From positions 1-64,000 of the forward strand of contig NW_003314363.1 of assembly GCF_000143415.4 (NCBI RefSeq): a stretch of 64,000 nucleotides of DNA, in the 5' to 3' direction. Below, in pieces: positions 23,247 to 37,513 of the stretch. Numbering within the stretch: position 1 is the stretch's first letter; each line of letters starts with the position of its first letter. Under the pieces are notes generated by a model. It worked only from the letters and a program-made list of their open reading frames with translations, was not told the DNA's origin and searched no databases. The position numbers were made by a program, and so were the translations under genes. Source of the DNA: Selaginella moellendorffii (lineage: Eukaryota; Plantae; Lycopodiophyta).

Positions 23247-26200
23247 ATGGCGACGCAACCTCGCAATGAGGCGCTGGAGCAGCGAATTGCGGCGGAGGTA
23301 ATCGCTCGCTTAGAAAATCCACGGCATGTAACAATCTCTCTTTCCGTGACGAATCCAATTCAGGGAAGCGAGCAAGCATATCATGCCATTGTCGTCCCAG
23401 CGTCAGATACGGGTGGTGCTGCTACCGGTAGAAGCCGTGTCCATCCACTTGCTTACATGGAAGGTAATGGCCGTTTCCTAGCCGCTGTGCGTCAAGGAGA
23501 CATGCGTGTCTATGTGGTGACAGAGGCACAGGCATCATATGGTTATGGTACCGTATCTTGGAAGAAGAGGTTGGAAGGCTGGAGGCTACGAAAAGAAAGA
23601 TATGAGATGATGACGGCTGAACCTTCTCATGCCAAAGCTGATGATGCCAGCGCCGAGAGCTTCTACTCACCAGACTTACCAGTGTATGCTTTACACTCCA
23701 ATTCTGTGGCTATCAGCAGCATTTGTTGCTACTTGCAGAATGGACCAGGCAAGGCAACCACTGTCGAGGAAGGTTCCTATTGCTTCGAGTTTGGTCAACC
23801 CTTACAGGATGGTCATTGTCATTCGGCTCGTAGCTCTGGCTTTCTACTTCCGCTTCCGCATTCTAAATCCAGTTGGCAATGCATATGGCTTGTGGCTGAC
23901 ATCAGTTGTGTGCGAGATTTGGTTCGCTCTCTCTTGGATAGCTCATCAACTTCCTAAATGGTTCCCAGTTGTAAGGGAGACATACCTTGACCGCCTTGCC
24001 CTCAGGTATGTGAGACGATATCAGAGGTTTTGCTACGACTGATTGATGATTAAAAGGTATGAGAAACAAGGGCAGGTGTGCGGCCTGCCCGCTATAGATG
24101 TCTTGGTTGCGACGGAGGACCCGTTTAAGGACCCTCTTCTGGCCACAGCCAACGCCGTCCTTTCCGTCCTCTCTGTTGATTACCCCGTCGAAAAGCTCTC
24201 GTGCTATGTCTCGGACGACAGCGCTGCCATGCTTACGTTTGAAGGCCTTTGCGAGACATCGGAATTTGCGAGAAAATGGGTGCCTTTCTGCAGGAGCTTT
24301 AACGTCGAGCCTCGTGCCCCCCAAGTCTATTTTGCCCAGAAGATTGACTATGCCGACACCAAGTTTCAATCGTCTTTCGTCAAGGAGAGGCGGGCAATGA
24401 AGGCATGCATGCTTTTTTTTTTTCATCTTTTGTTCTGGCTGAGTAATATTTCAGAGAGAGTACGAAGAGTTCAAAGTGAGAATCAATGCGTTGGTGGAGA
24501 AGGCTGCCAAAGTTCCTGAAGAAGGCTGGAGCATGCAAGATGGAACCCCATGGCCAGGAACCAACAGCCGAGACCATCCAGGCATGATACAGGTAATTAT
24601 TATTGGAAAGAGCAGTTGTCTAGTTAAACCTGTTCGCAAATGCACAGGTGTTTCTTGGTCACAGCGGGGGACACGACAGCGACGGCAATGAGCTACCACG
24701 TCTTGTGTACGTCTCCCGAGAGAGACGCCCCGGATTCAAGCATCACAACAAGGCGGGAGCAATGAATGCTTTGGTGAAACCAATGTTTAAACTGTTTAGA
24801 TCACTCACTGATCACGCCTTGCTCCGTAAACAGGTGCGTGTGTCCGCCGTCTTGACAAACGCCCCGTATGTTGTGGACGTCAACTGCGCTGATTATGTCA
24901 ACAACAGCCGCGCACTGCGTGAGGCAATGTGTCTTATGATGGACACAATGGTTGGGAAAAAGGCGTGCTTTGTGCAGTTTCCGCAGAGATTCGGCAGCCA
25001 TGACAATGAGCATGCTGTCTTCTTTGACGTGAGTTGGCGACCAGTTTCTCTTGTCTGGATTTCTGAGTTGCGCACGACTGTGTGGCAGATAAATCTCAAA
25101 GGCTTGGATGGTATCCAGGGTCCCATGTATGTCGGGAGGGGATGCGTTTTCCGGCGACAGGCACTGTACGGCGTGTGTGCACCTGTGAGCGGCAAAGCGC
25201 GGCAGCGCTTGCATTGCCGGGTGGGGGACGAAGAAGGTGCGTGCCATTTTGCAAGTTTTTAGCACCTTATACAAACATTTGGACGCAGGTGACGAAAAAA
25301 GGCTGGAGAAGCGTTACGGGCAGTCACCGGTGTTTGTGGCGTCAACGAGGCAAGAAGCAGTTCCTAGTAGCCCCAACGATGACGGTAGCCTGTCCAACGA
25401 TGACGGTAGCCTATCGACGTCGGCTCTTCTGAAAGAGGCAATTCACGTGATCAGCTGCGGCTACGAGGACAAGACCGAGTGGGGGAAAGAGGTAAAGAGA
25501 GATGAAAATTGCTGGGAAAAGGCCTGACGCTTGCTTGGTCACAGGTTGGTTGGATTTACGGGGGAGGCGATTGTGTGGCCGGCATGTTGATGCATGCCAG
25601 GGGCTGGCGCTCCACATACTGCATGCCTCAGCGACCAGCATTCAAGAGTTGTGGGCTGCTGGACGTGGCAGGGAAATTGGAACAATTGCTGGTGCAATCT
25701 ATGGCCAGCATGGAGCTTGTGTTGAGCAAGCACTGTCCACTGTGGTATGGCTATGGTGGTCGCCTCAAGCTGCTTCAGCGGCTGGCCTACCTCAGCAGCG
25801 CTTTCCATCCTCTCAACTCCATTCCACTCGTCGTCTATAGCACACTGCCTGCCGTGTGCCTCTTGACTGGCAAGTTCATCCTTCCCGAGGTACGTGTGTC
25901 ACGTTTGTGCCATTGTTTCATCCAACGCTCGCATGCAGTTGGGAAGGTCAGCCAGCCTGTTGCTCATGACAGTGCTCTTGTGCATTGGTGCAAGTGCCAT
26001 CCTAGAGATGCGGTGGAGTGGAGTGAGCGCGGAGGAATGGTGGCAAGATGAGCAGTTGTGGGTGATTGGAGGCGTCTCGTCGCACTTGGTTGCATTGTTC
26101 CAAGGCCTCGTCAAGGTTTTGGGTGGTGGTGACAGTTTCAGCTTTGAAGCCCCTCCCTGCGTTTGTATCTCAACCGGAACCGGATGGAGCAGCCTTCTCG

Positions 26201-26505
26201 TCCCTCCCTTGACAATTCTGGTGATCAATATGGTAGGGGTGGCAGCTGGGCTGTCAGATACACTCAATAACGGCTACGAGTCATGGGGGCCACTGCTTGG
26301 CAAACTTCTGTTTGCCTTTTGGGTGATCTCGCACCTCTACCCATTCCTTAAGGCTATCATGGCTAGGCACAACCGCACACCCACAATCGTCATCGTATGG
26401 TCCATTCTGTTAGCATCCATCTTCTCGCTTCTCTGGGTGCGAATTAACCCTTTCATTCCCAAGCTGGTTGGTCCCAGCTTGGAGGAGTGCGGCATTAACT
26501 GCTGA
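23247..26505 (+). CDS. CESA: Cellulose synthase (CesA)-like protein lacking the N-terminal RING/Zn finger and with degenerate catalytic motifs
   Basis: [89 protein letters not shown] and ...LWVRINPF...CGINC. Exon frames are open; one GC-AG intron at 24403-24454. Confidence 0.9.
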
Positions 26506-26866
26506 CGGCGCTGTTTGCATAAGGTTGGAGAAGCGTGGCTATGGTCTCTTCCTGTAGCTCCTCCTGTGAAGAAGAACAAACCAGAGGGCACCTCGAGCTG
26601 CCGGGGCGATGGATTGAACGGGCGCTCTAAGGTGCAATATTTGTGCATTTCGTACGGGTAGCAATAAGGACGATCTGTGTCCATCGTGGGGCCTCCTCAG
26701 CTTTGTCTCCCCGCCGCCGCCGCCGCCGCTTGTGTTACGGTATATCCAAGCGAGTGGTAACACCGGTAGCGTAGTAAGATTTTTGTGCGCAAGCCATGGC
26801 TTGAGACATTGGCGCAGCTTCAAGATGCCGCGGCATTGCAACCCTTTTACCCTAAAACTCCATGCA

Positions 26867-28815
26867 ATGGAGGGGGGCTCGGAGGAGTCATCAGAGTTGG
26901 CGCAGCCCCTGCAGCTCGGCTTGGATGGCGATGGAGGCGAGGTGGAGGACTGTTTTGGTCCTGCAACAGAGGTGGCGTGGCAACCGAATGCGGCGCTGTG
27001 CCGAAACTTTGACAAGGTACGTGGTGGTGCCCGAGGACTCTGCTTTGATATCCGGTGCAGTTGAAGCTCCTTTACATCCAGTCCACGCAGCTCAATTTAC
27101 GACTGCAAGTGACATGTGGAGTGCTGAGGAAAGAAAAGGTAAGGCGCTTTACCTCCTCTCATGCTCCCCGCTGTCTATAGGAAGAGATGCAGAAGAGATA
27201 CTTCGCTGCTGCGGGTTTTGGAAGCGAGAGCGACAGGTGTACAGTTGCTCATTCTGTTTAATTACCTCCATCTGTGTCGTGTGTCAAGGCGTCCAGAAGA
27301 TGCTGAAGTGCAAGCCAGTCCGTCGCCTTTGCGCACATGCACTCGCTGACGTTTATGTGTGTGCAGACGAGCGGAGGTTAACTCAACTTGAAGCATCCAA
27401 GAGAGCTCTCGAGGGGATGTAAGTCTCTTGCTCAATTGCTTCTCATCTCACTTTTTTGTGCTCCAGCAACGAGCCGGGAGGAATAGTAGGAGTCTGACCT
27501 GTATCCTATGCGCGCTGTGCTGTTAACACTAATGTCAATCATGGCAGTGTAAGCATTGCGACGGTAGAGTGTCCGTTATTTCCGGGCTGGAGCAAGCGGT
27601 GCAGCAGTTGAAGTAATATCGCCCCTCTTCTGGTGAAAGTCTCACTCGTTTTTCCAGGGACCGTTTACACACATTCGAAGTGAAACACGACAACGTCTCG
27701 CAAATGGGAAAGTAACTGTGACGCAATCACGGACCGGTTCTCACTTTGTGTGATACCAGGCAGGTGCAGGAAATGGAAGAGACCAGCGATGCGCTAGCCA
27801 GAGCTTGCCGTGAGGAGCAGAGGCAGAGGCAGATGTGTAAAGCCTTGGAAAGCGAAGTATGTGATCTTCGGGCTCTGCTTCGTGCCGTGGAGCAAACCAG
27901 TGCTGAAGCGGAACTCAGGCACCTGAACACAGTCAGTGCCCTCGTAAAGGTGGTGTACACACGTGGAGCCTGTCACCCTCTTTGACTGCCTGGAGGATGC
28001 AGGAGAAAGAGGGCCTACATGAGGAGGTTGAAAACTTCCAGCACAAATGTAATGTGCTAGATGCAAGCTTTGGCAAAGTGCAAGAGGAGCTTCTGGACGT
28101 GAGCACGAGGCTAGAGGAATCACGAGCCAAGCTGGGAGAAGCCGTCTGTAAGAATAACGACTCACAGGCCGAAGCAGCTAGCTACAGGTGGAGTTTTACT
28201 TGATTTGTTCCAATATTTCAACGTTTTAGAGCAGAGTTGAACGAGATGAACTCCAAAGAAAGCTAGATTCGGCGAGAGGAGACATGGCAGAGCTTGCGAA
28301 ATTCAGAGAACTGGATCATGTAAATACCGTGGAACAAGTGAAAGTACGTCTTGTGGCTCGGAGATGCCTTTTTAAAAAACTTACATGCAGAGAAGCTGCG
28401 AGTCGTCGTGGCGGACGCAAGAGAACTCTTCTCAACAGAGGATATCCTCTTTGCGCCGCAAGATACATCAGCTGCAAGCGGTAATCCTTGAGACAGAGTT
28501 GGTCTATTTTGCAACTCTGACATCAGGTGTTTGCAGAAAGTCAAGCAGTCACACAAGCAAATGGCGAGGCTAACTTTTGATAGGAACGAGCTCCTGATCC
28601 AGCAGCAGGAGTACGAAGCGCAACTAAGTGCATTGCGGCAGGTACCTTCTTGGCTACAAGTTCGCCTGCTGAAATGCTGCCATTGCAGCACTCCTTCCGC
28701 ATTCGAGCACCAGGCTTTCACCTCTCCTCACCCAAATCGAAACTTATCAGTGCGGAAATTAGTCAGGTTGCAGCACGTCAAGCTAGATACTTTGCCGATA
28801 CCGCGCTGTGAATAA
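26867..28815 (+). CDS. Multi-exon coiled-coil protein of unknown function
   Basis: Successive short GT-AG-bounded exons rich in E/Q/L/K heptads (e.g. QVQEMEETSDALARACREEQRQRQMCKALESEVCDLRALL). The 3' end is uncertain. Confidence 0.55.
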
Positions 28816-29019
28816 TGTCCAAGAGGGAGCAGGCCTTTTGTCTCTTACATGCAGATAGTGATTGCAGGTGGTAGCAGACAAGAATGTGTTTTCGATTGTT
28901 TCATAGAGTTGAGCTAGAGTCAAATTTTATCCATTGTTAGACTCGTGTATGCAAAGTTCCCGCCGCAAGCATTACAAAATACAGTTCTGAAAGAGAAAAG
29001 AGAAAAAGGCTGGCCTCCA

Positions 29020-31534
29020 CTATATGCTCCTATAATCAATCACTGTAACATCGTCTTCCGGCGCGTCAAGATCGTGATAGCTGCACGGCAGGGTTAGTTC
29101 AACAGAATTACGGAATGAGAAGAGAAACCTTCGCATGTGACGAGGGTCGTGCCTAACTGGAGGAACCATCTGCGGCGTCTCCAAAACACCCCGTCCCTTT
29201 CGTCCACGGTCACCACCATCAAATGAAGGATCAAATGGAGCGGGATGAAAAGGCTGCGGGCCGCCGCCGTGCTCTCTCCACATGCGCATGGTCACGTCAG
29301 GAGGAGCAGGGACAAATGGACCCAAGGGCCTGGCCACACAAGCTTGAGAAGGAGTGCACACGAAAACAAGGAAACACTCACCCCGCGCCAGGCACAGGCA
29401 TCAACACTGGAGGAGGTATTTCCGAACCAAATGCTCCCCCGTGAATGTTGGTCCCACCAAAAGGATCAAACATTGGCTGCTCCGATGACGCTGGTCCGGC
29501 CCCTTCATATGGATAATCTCCAGCCGGCGATTTATCCACGTCCTCGCCACGGCCTCGACTCCTATCCGAATTTCCCAACAGACCGGGCCTACGCCTGTGC
29601 AGCCTGCTGTCCCTCTGAAACAAATACCACCAGGTTACGGACGTCATCTAGGCGAGGCTTACCTGGTTCGCTTGCACGGAGGCCACGCCAGGAGCATTAG
29701 GATCACTGTTTGGACACGTTTGGACATTAAACTCGGCAACTCGAGCATGGACGACGTACCTCATGTAGTTTTGATAGTAGAGCTCTCTTCGGAGTTTGGC
29801 CATGGACTCGTTTACAATCTCAGGATGCTTCAGCTTGAGATGCTTGTGTACAAATTCTGGTCCATGGAAAAGCTTCGAGCACCCAGTAGCCAAGCACCCA
29901 TACTTCCATCCATACTTTTCGTCCCTTATTTTTCGTACGTAGGGTTCAAGCGCTTCTGACATAGACGCCTCCGACTTGTCCTTGCCAAGCATAGCTTCTA
30001 CGGGGTCCTGGCCCTGCAATCGTGCCTGCCATGTAGAGTCCAGCTTTTTTTCCCATTCAGCCCGTGCATTGTCATCGCCTGCCTTCTCCTCCCCTCTGAG
30101 GTGTCGAAACCCTTTCGGCAGCTCACGTAGCTCCATCATTCCGTAGTAATCCAAACCGTGGACTCTCCACAGGTACGTGAGCATTACGTCCAGCAGTTCG
30201 ATGCCTTCGAGACCCTTCACCTGGTTAGCCCCTCGAACTATAACAATAGGACCACCGGTTTCACTGCTCAAGTTCTGTTGCTCAGAAGAAAAGAGGATGT
30301 TTCCTTCTACACCCTTTTCAGTGTCCAGCTTTTTAACCAGCGCCTGCGCCTGTTCTATATCTATGGCCACCCTCTTTAAATCCGAGGAAGCGTGTTGTGC
30401 TCGTGGGATAGTATCCGCCTGACGGCCCCCCATTCTCTTGTCGTCGTCCGTTTCAACATCTGCGGTGGATCTGCTACCAGCAGCAGCAGCAGCAGCCGCC
30501 GTCCTACACCAAGCAATGTCAGATACGAACGGGAACACCTCACCCGACTCACATGTCCAAACTTCCAGCCTGCAGCTCCAAAATAAAGTCCCGTGCACTA
30601 GACTTCGCAGTTTCAATCCTCCTGCAACCACAAGCGCACACGTCAACAATAACTCTAGATTCCTGAGATCATACCGAACCTAGCCATAAGGGAGTCCAGC
30701 CGCGACGGATCGTACTTCTCCCGTAGCCTGGACCCGACGAAATTTGTGAAACGGATAACAATTGACAAGTCACGCGACTTCGTACCAGTCTTCCTCCTTG
30801 TGCTGCTCGAAATAGGCTCGCTTCTGAGTGGAGACGTATTCCGCTTTGTATTCCTCATACCTGCACAGCTAAAAGGTGAGAAGCTGCTACGGAAGCGAGG
30901 CAAAGACCTGCGCTCGGCTTCAGCGGGAAGAATGTCGTCCTCTAGCTCCACGATAAACTGCTTGTAAGACAAGAGTCCGTCCCTGCGCGCAGCGCACGAT
31001 TAGAAAAAAAGGAGCGGCAGAGTTGGGCGAGGGAGAAACCTGCGAGGGTAGGCATCACCATACATGCTTCGCCCGGACCACTCTGGAAAAACAAAAGGTG
31101 ACTGAGCATGTGGAAAGGAAAGGGGAGTATGAGAGCCCACCATTAGAACGATGGCGGCCGTAGTCACCACCATAGCCTCTACCAAGAATACCATCCCTGG
31201 AGAAATGAGGCAAGCTGAGTAGCGCAAGAGCGGAAAGAAAAGGTCAAGTGAGTTACCTTCCGCCCTCATAACCTCCCCGGTCGTCATCCCGTCGAGAGCG
31301 CTTGTGGGCGGCAGGAGACCTGCGGGAGGGCGAATGGCGTCGATCCCGGTGAGGCAAGGGAGGCGGGGACAGGCTCTTGCGGCGCTTGTTGTGCTTGTCG
31401 TGACGGCTTGCCTGCCTGCTCTCATCCTCACCTCGCCTCTTGCTGTCACCTGCGTCGTCGGCAGCTCCCCCTTTGCGCCGCTCCGCGGTGTCCCTGGGGA
31501 GTGGCTCCGGAGGCAGATCCATGACATCCGCCAT
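29020..31534 (-). CDS. SE: SERRATE / Ars2 homolog
   Basis: SYKQFIVELEDDILPAEAERR; GLEGIELLDVMLTYLWRVHGLDYYG; IRDEKYGWKYGC..GCSKLFHGPEFVHKHLKLKH; C-terminal DLDAPEDDVTVIDYRSI. Confidence 0.95.
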
Positions 31535-31999
31535 GGCCAGACTACTTTAGGGTAAGAGTGCGGGAGATTAGGGCTCAATATTAAGGCTCTAAGATTTTGG
31601 TCCAACGGGATTGATACATTTGAGTTGCCGCTCGGATATGGTGGGAGAATCTTATTTCGGGATCTTCCCGCATGGATGGATGGAAGGCTGTCCACGAGTT
31701 GAGCAAGACGCCTTTCAAGCCTGTTGCTGTCTGAGCGGCTGGAAACAAGAGTCGAAGAACTTGATCTCACAGAAAGTCCATTCCAAGCGTTGCACGCCAC
31801 CTTTCTCGTCATTCATGTGATACGCGAGTGGAAGAAGGCAAGTCATTTACAGTGGAAGGTCTTCCCGTTGGAAGAGGCCATGCAACTCTCGGAGTTGACG
31901 CCCTGATACAGCGCAGATATGGACCAGGACTTTGTTGCGTCGAGATATTGTGTATTTCAAAACGCTTTCTTCTCGACGCAGCTCCACTTGGCGAGATGA

Positions 32000-32950
32000 C
32001 TATGCCAAGAAGGTCCTCAACGTAAAAGACGCATGGAGGTCCTAAGAAGCGCATGAGAGAAAGGCAGAGAATGGGATGAGGCCCTACCTTTCCACCTTGC
32101 TCCTGCTGTAGCCGCTGAGAAACGAGAGTGAACTGCTGGAGAAGTCTCTCCATGGATGTGTAACTGGGAAGCTTGCCATGGTCTGAAAGAAGGGACAACA
32201 AGAGGGTGAGGGGCGATGGCAGGGAAAGCAGCCGCTTGCCTAGGAGCGCCCGATTCAGCATGTCTGCGATGTTCTGCCTGTAGTCCACACTGAGCAGCGA
32301 GAACAAGGGCGACGTCTCTGGTTCCGAGTATGCCAGTAATGCCATGCAGTCCTGTCACCCTGGGCTCAACCCCTAACAAGAACAAACGGTTCAAGCTACC
32401 TGGAGTTTATCGACGTAGTGCTTCTCCTTCCCAAAAGGCGTTAGCTCTCGCTGTGCAAACTCCAGAGCACCTATGCTGGAGGTAGATAAACAAAATAAGG
32501 ACGAGAGAAGCGAAAGAAGAAGCTTACGCGTTTCTAGACCGCACGAGCTCTATAAAGTGGAGAGTGAGGAGATCGAAGTGCAAGTCCTTGTTGTCTAGTA
32601 AGAGGCCTGGAGCGACTCCATTGGTGAGATCAATAGCCTTGAGTGGCTCCCCTCCCATAACATGGTTATAGATTGCTGCGCGGGCACCAGCGTGAGTACG
32701 AGAGGAGCATGTGGGGCTGGGGATGCCTTACGCTTTCTCCTGTCGATGTCCATGGAGAAGTCAGCAGAGCAATTCATTTCCGTGGACGCTATGAAAGCCT
32801 CGGCTGTTTCTTTGAAGCAATTGTGGACCAGGTAGCCGAGCAGGACTTTTTTGACATCGTTGTCATCAACCTTCTGCAGCAGCGAGGAGTTAATAGCGCA
32901 GCTCGAGCCCTAGGCTAATCGAGAGGGCTTACCACGTTCTCCACATCCAT
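32000..32950 (-). CDS. LisH/CTLH/CRA protein (GID8-like)
   Basis: LisH-like KKSCSATWSTIASKK region with CFKETAEAF; LLFDLLTLHFIELV; FAQRELTPFGK; DCMALLAYSEPETSPLFSLLS..RQNIADMLNRALL. Confidence 0.8.
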
Positions 32951-33058
32951 GACCGCGCCGCGCCGCGCCGCGCCTTTCCCCCCTTCCACACAACCTAAAA
33001 ATTGCTCTACTTAGGTAACAAAAATCTTTGGCATTTTTTACACACAAGGCGCTGATAT

Positions 33059-34003
33059 TCAAATCGATGGAACAACCTTTGGCCCCCTGTAGTTCCCCCT
33101 GTGAACCACAAACTCGCTCGAAGGTCTGAACTCCTGGAGGTGAACGAGATGCGCCTCGGCGCTGTCCGTGGCTTCTGCACGCAAGTAACTGCAGGGGTTG
33201 GTTGCAAGGCGTACGTGTTTTTATGGAGGAGACACCCACCTGGGGAGGTGGCGGCGGCCAGGCGGTAGTAGACGCAAGGGCGGCCGGCAGTGGTGTGGTA
33301 TGGCGGCGCAAGGACGTCCAGAACCGCGCAGGAGGTGACCGCCGTGAAGGAGTGGATGTTGCCCCCGGACGTCGGGTACAGGACGGCGGTGTCACAGGGC
33401 GCCACCAGTACATGGTCCTTGACGGGCATCGCTAATCTGGCTGGGGGGACATGACATGTAAGCTTGGAAATCGCAGATTGCCCTTACGTGTGGAGGAGGC
33501 CGTGTGGTCCGAGGGATCTACCCAGTCGTACGACTTGACGTGCATGGAGCCATAGATCAGCTTGCTCAGCACGGTCATACCCGGATGGTTGTGGAGAGGA
33601 AGGGCTGCCGACTGCGGCAGGCAAAAGATTCCCATCTGTGCTACCACCATCACGGCTTAGCTTGCTCAACCAACAGCGCGTCAACAGATCTCTCAACGAC
33701 TTACAGAGAACTTGTTGCACTCGTAGAGATGCAAGTAAGTGATTGCCGGGGCGGCCGATTCTGGTGGCTGGTCGGTGGAGCGTCCATTTCTCTGGCAATT
33801 GTCCTCTTGGAGGCCGAGATCGGAGCACTTGATGTCGTCTGGGAGCGGGGCAAGGCAGTAAAATCAAGGCGCAGCAGTGTGAGCAGCTTACCCAGAACAG
33901 CGCGTACCCGTGCAACAGCTTCGGGGGCTGGCACGCCTTGGACGCACGAGAAGGAGGCCTTGCACACCTCGTACAGCTTCTGGACGGCCGTCATGGCCGT
34001 CAT
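33059..34003 (-). CDS. PCO: Plant cysteine oxidase (PCO, DUF1637 thiol dioxygenase)
   Basis: [12 protein letters not shown]; [36 protein letters not shown]; [35 protein letters not shown]; YRGPKV. Confidence 0.93.
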
Positions 34004-34230
34004 GGCGGCGACCGCGCGAGGATGCGAGTGCCCTAAGCTGCTTACTTTTCCATGAATTCCACTGCTTTGCCTACATTCCGAGAGGTAAACTCTTTACGTT
34101 TTATGTTTTAGGGCGGATCTGACAACGTGGCGGTGGTGGCGGCTCCGCCCCCCCCACCCACGCAGCCGCCAATTCTCCCTCCCCTCGCTCTCTCGGTCGT
34201 GGCGAGTTCGATACCCATTGGCACCAGATT

Positions 34231-34270
34231 GTTCTAGAAGCATTTCATGGAATATTCCCAGGGTATAAAG
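34231..34270 (+). promoter_or_regulatory. Heat-shock-element-like dyads plus TATA box upstream of CDC48
   Basis: gTTCtaGAAg (34231-34240), GAAtaTTC (34250-34257) and TATAAAG (34264-34270); telo box TAGGGTTT at ~34293. Confidence 0.45.
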
Positions 34271-34323
34271 GAGACTGTGCTGTATGCGTGCTAGGGTTTG
34301 GGTCATTTCAAGGGTAGGTAGCC

Positions 34324-37203
<2,880 letters not shown>

Positions 37204-37513
37204 TGGATAAATTCTCGTGAACGAAGTGATGATTTGTGAGTGGAAAACAGTCTTGAACGGTTTCAGGTGAGGAGGAGCACGAGCGGGATGATGGCGACGA
37301 GGGAGAAGGTGGCGAGGAATGAAGAGAGCTTGAGAAGCGAGTGGAGGGCGGGCGGGAGCAGCGAGACGAGGACGAGGGCGAGCACGAGGAGCAGCGAGAG
37401 GCGCTGGAAGGGAGGCATGGTAGCATTTAGGGCTTGTCCACGTGGCAAAAAGAGGAGGCGTGGTAACCGACTGGCAACAAAGCGAGAGGTTTAAGCGTGT
37501 AGATCGAATTGTC

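Noticed and set aside
21502-26505. Cell-wall-type MYB directly upstream of the CesA-like gene
   Set aside because: Adjacency alone is not evidence of regulation in such a dense genome.
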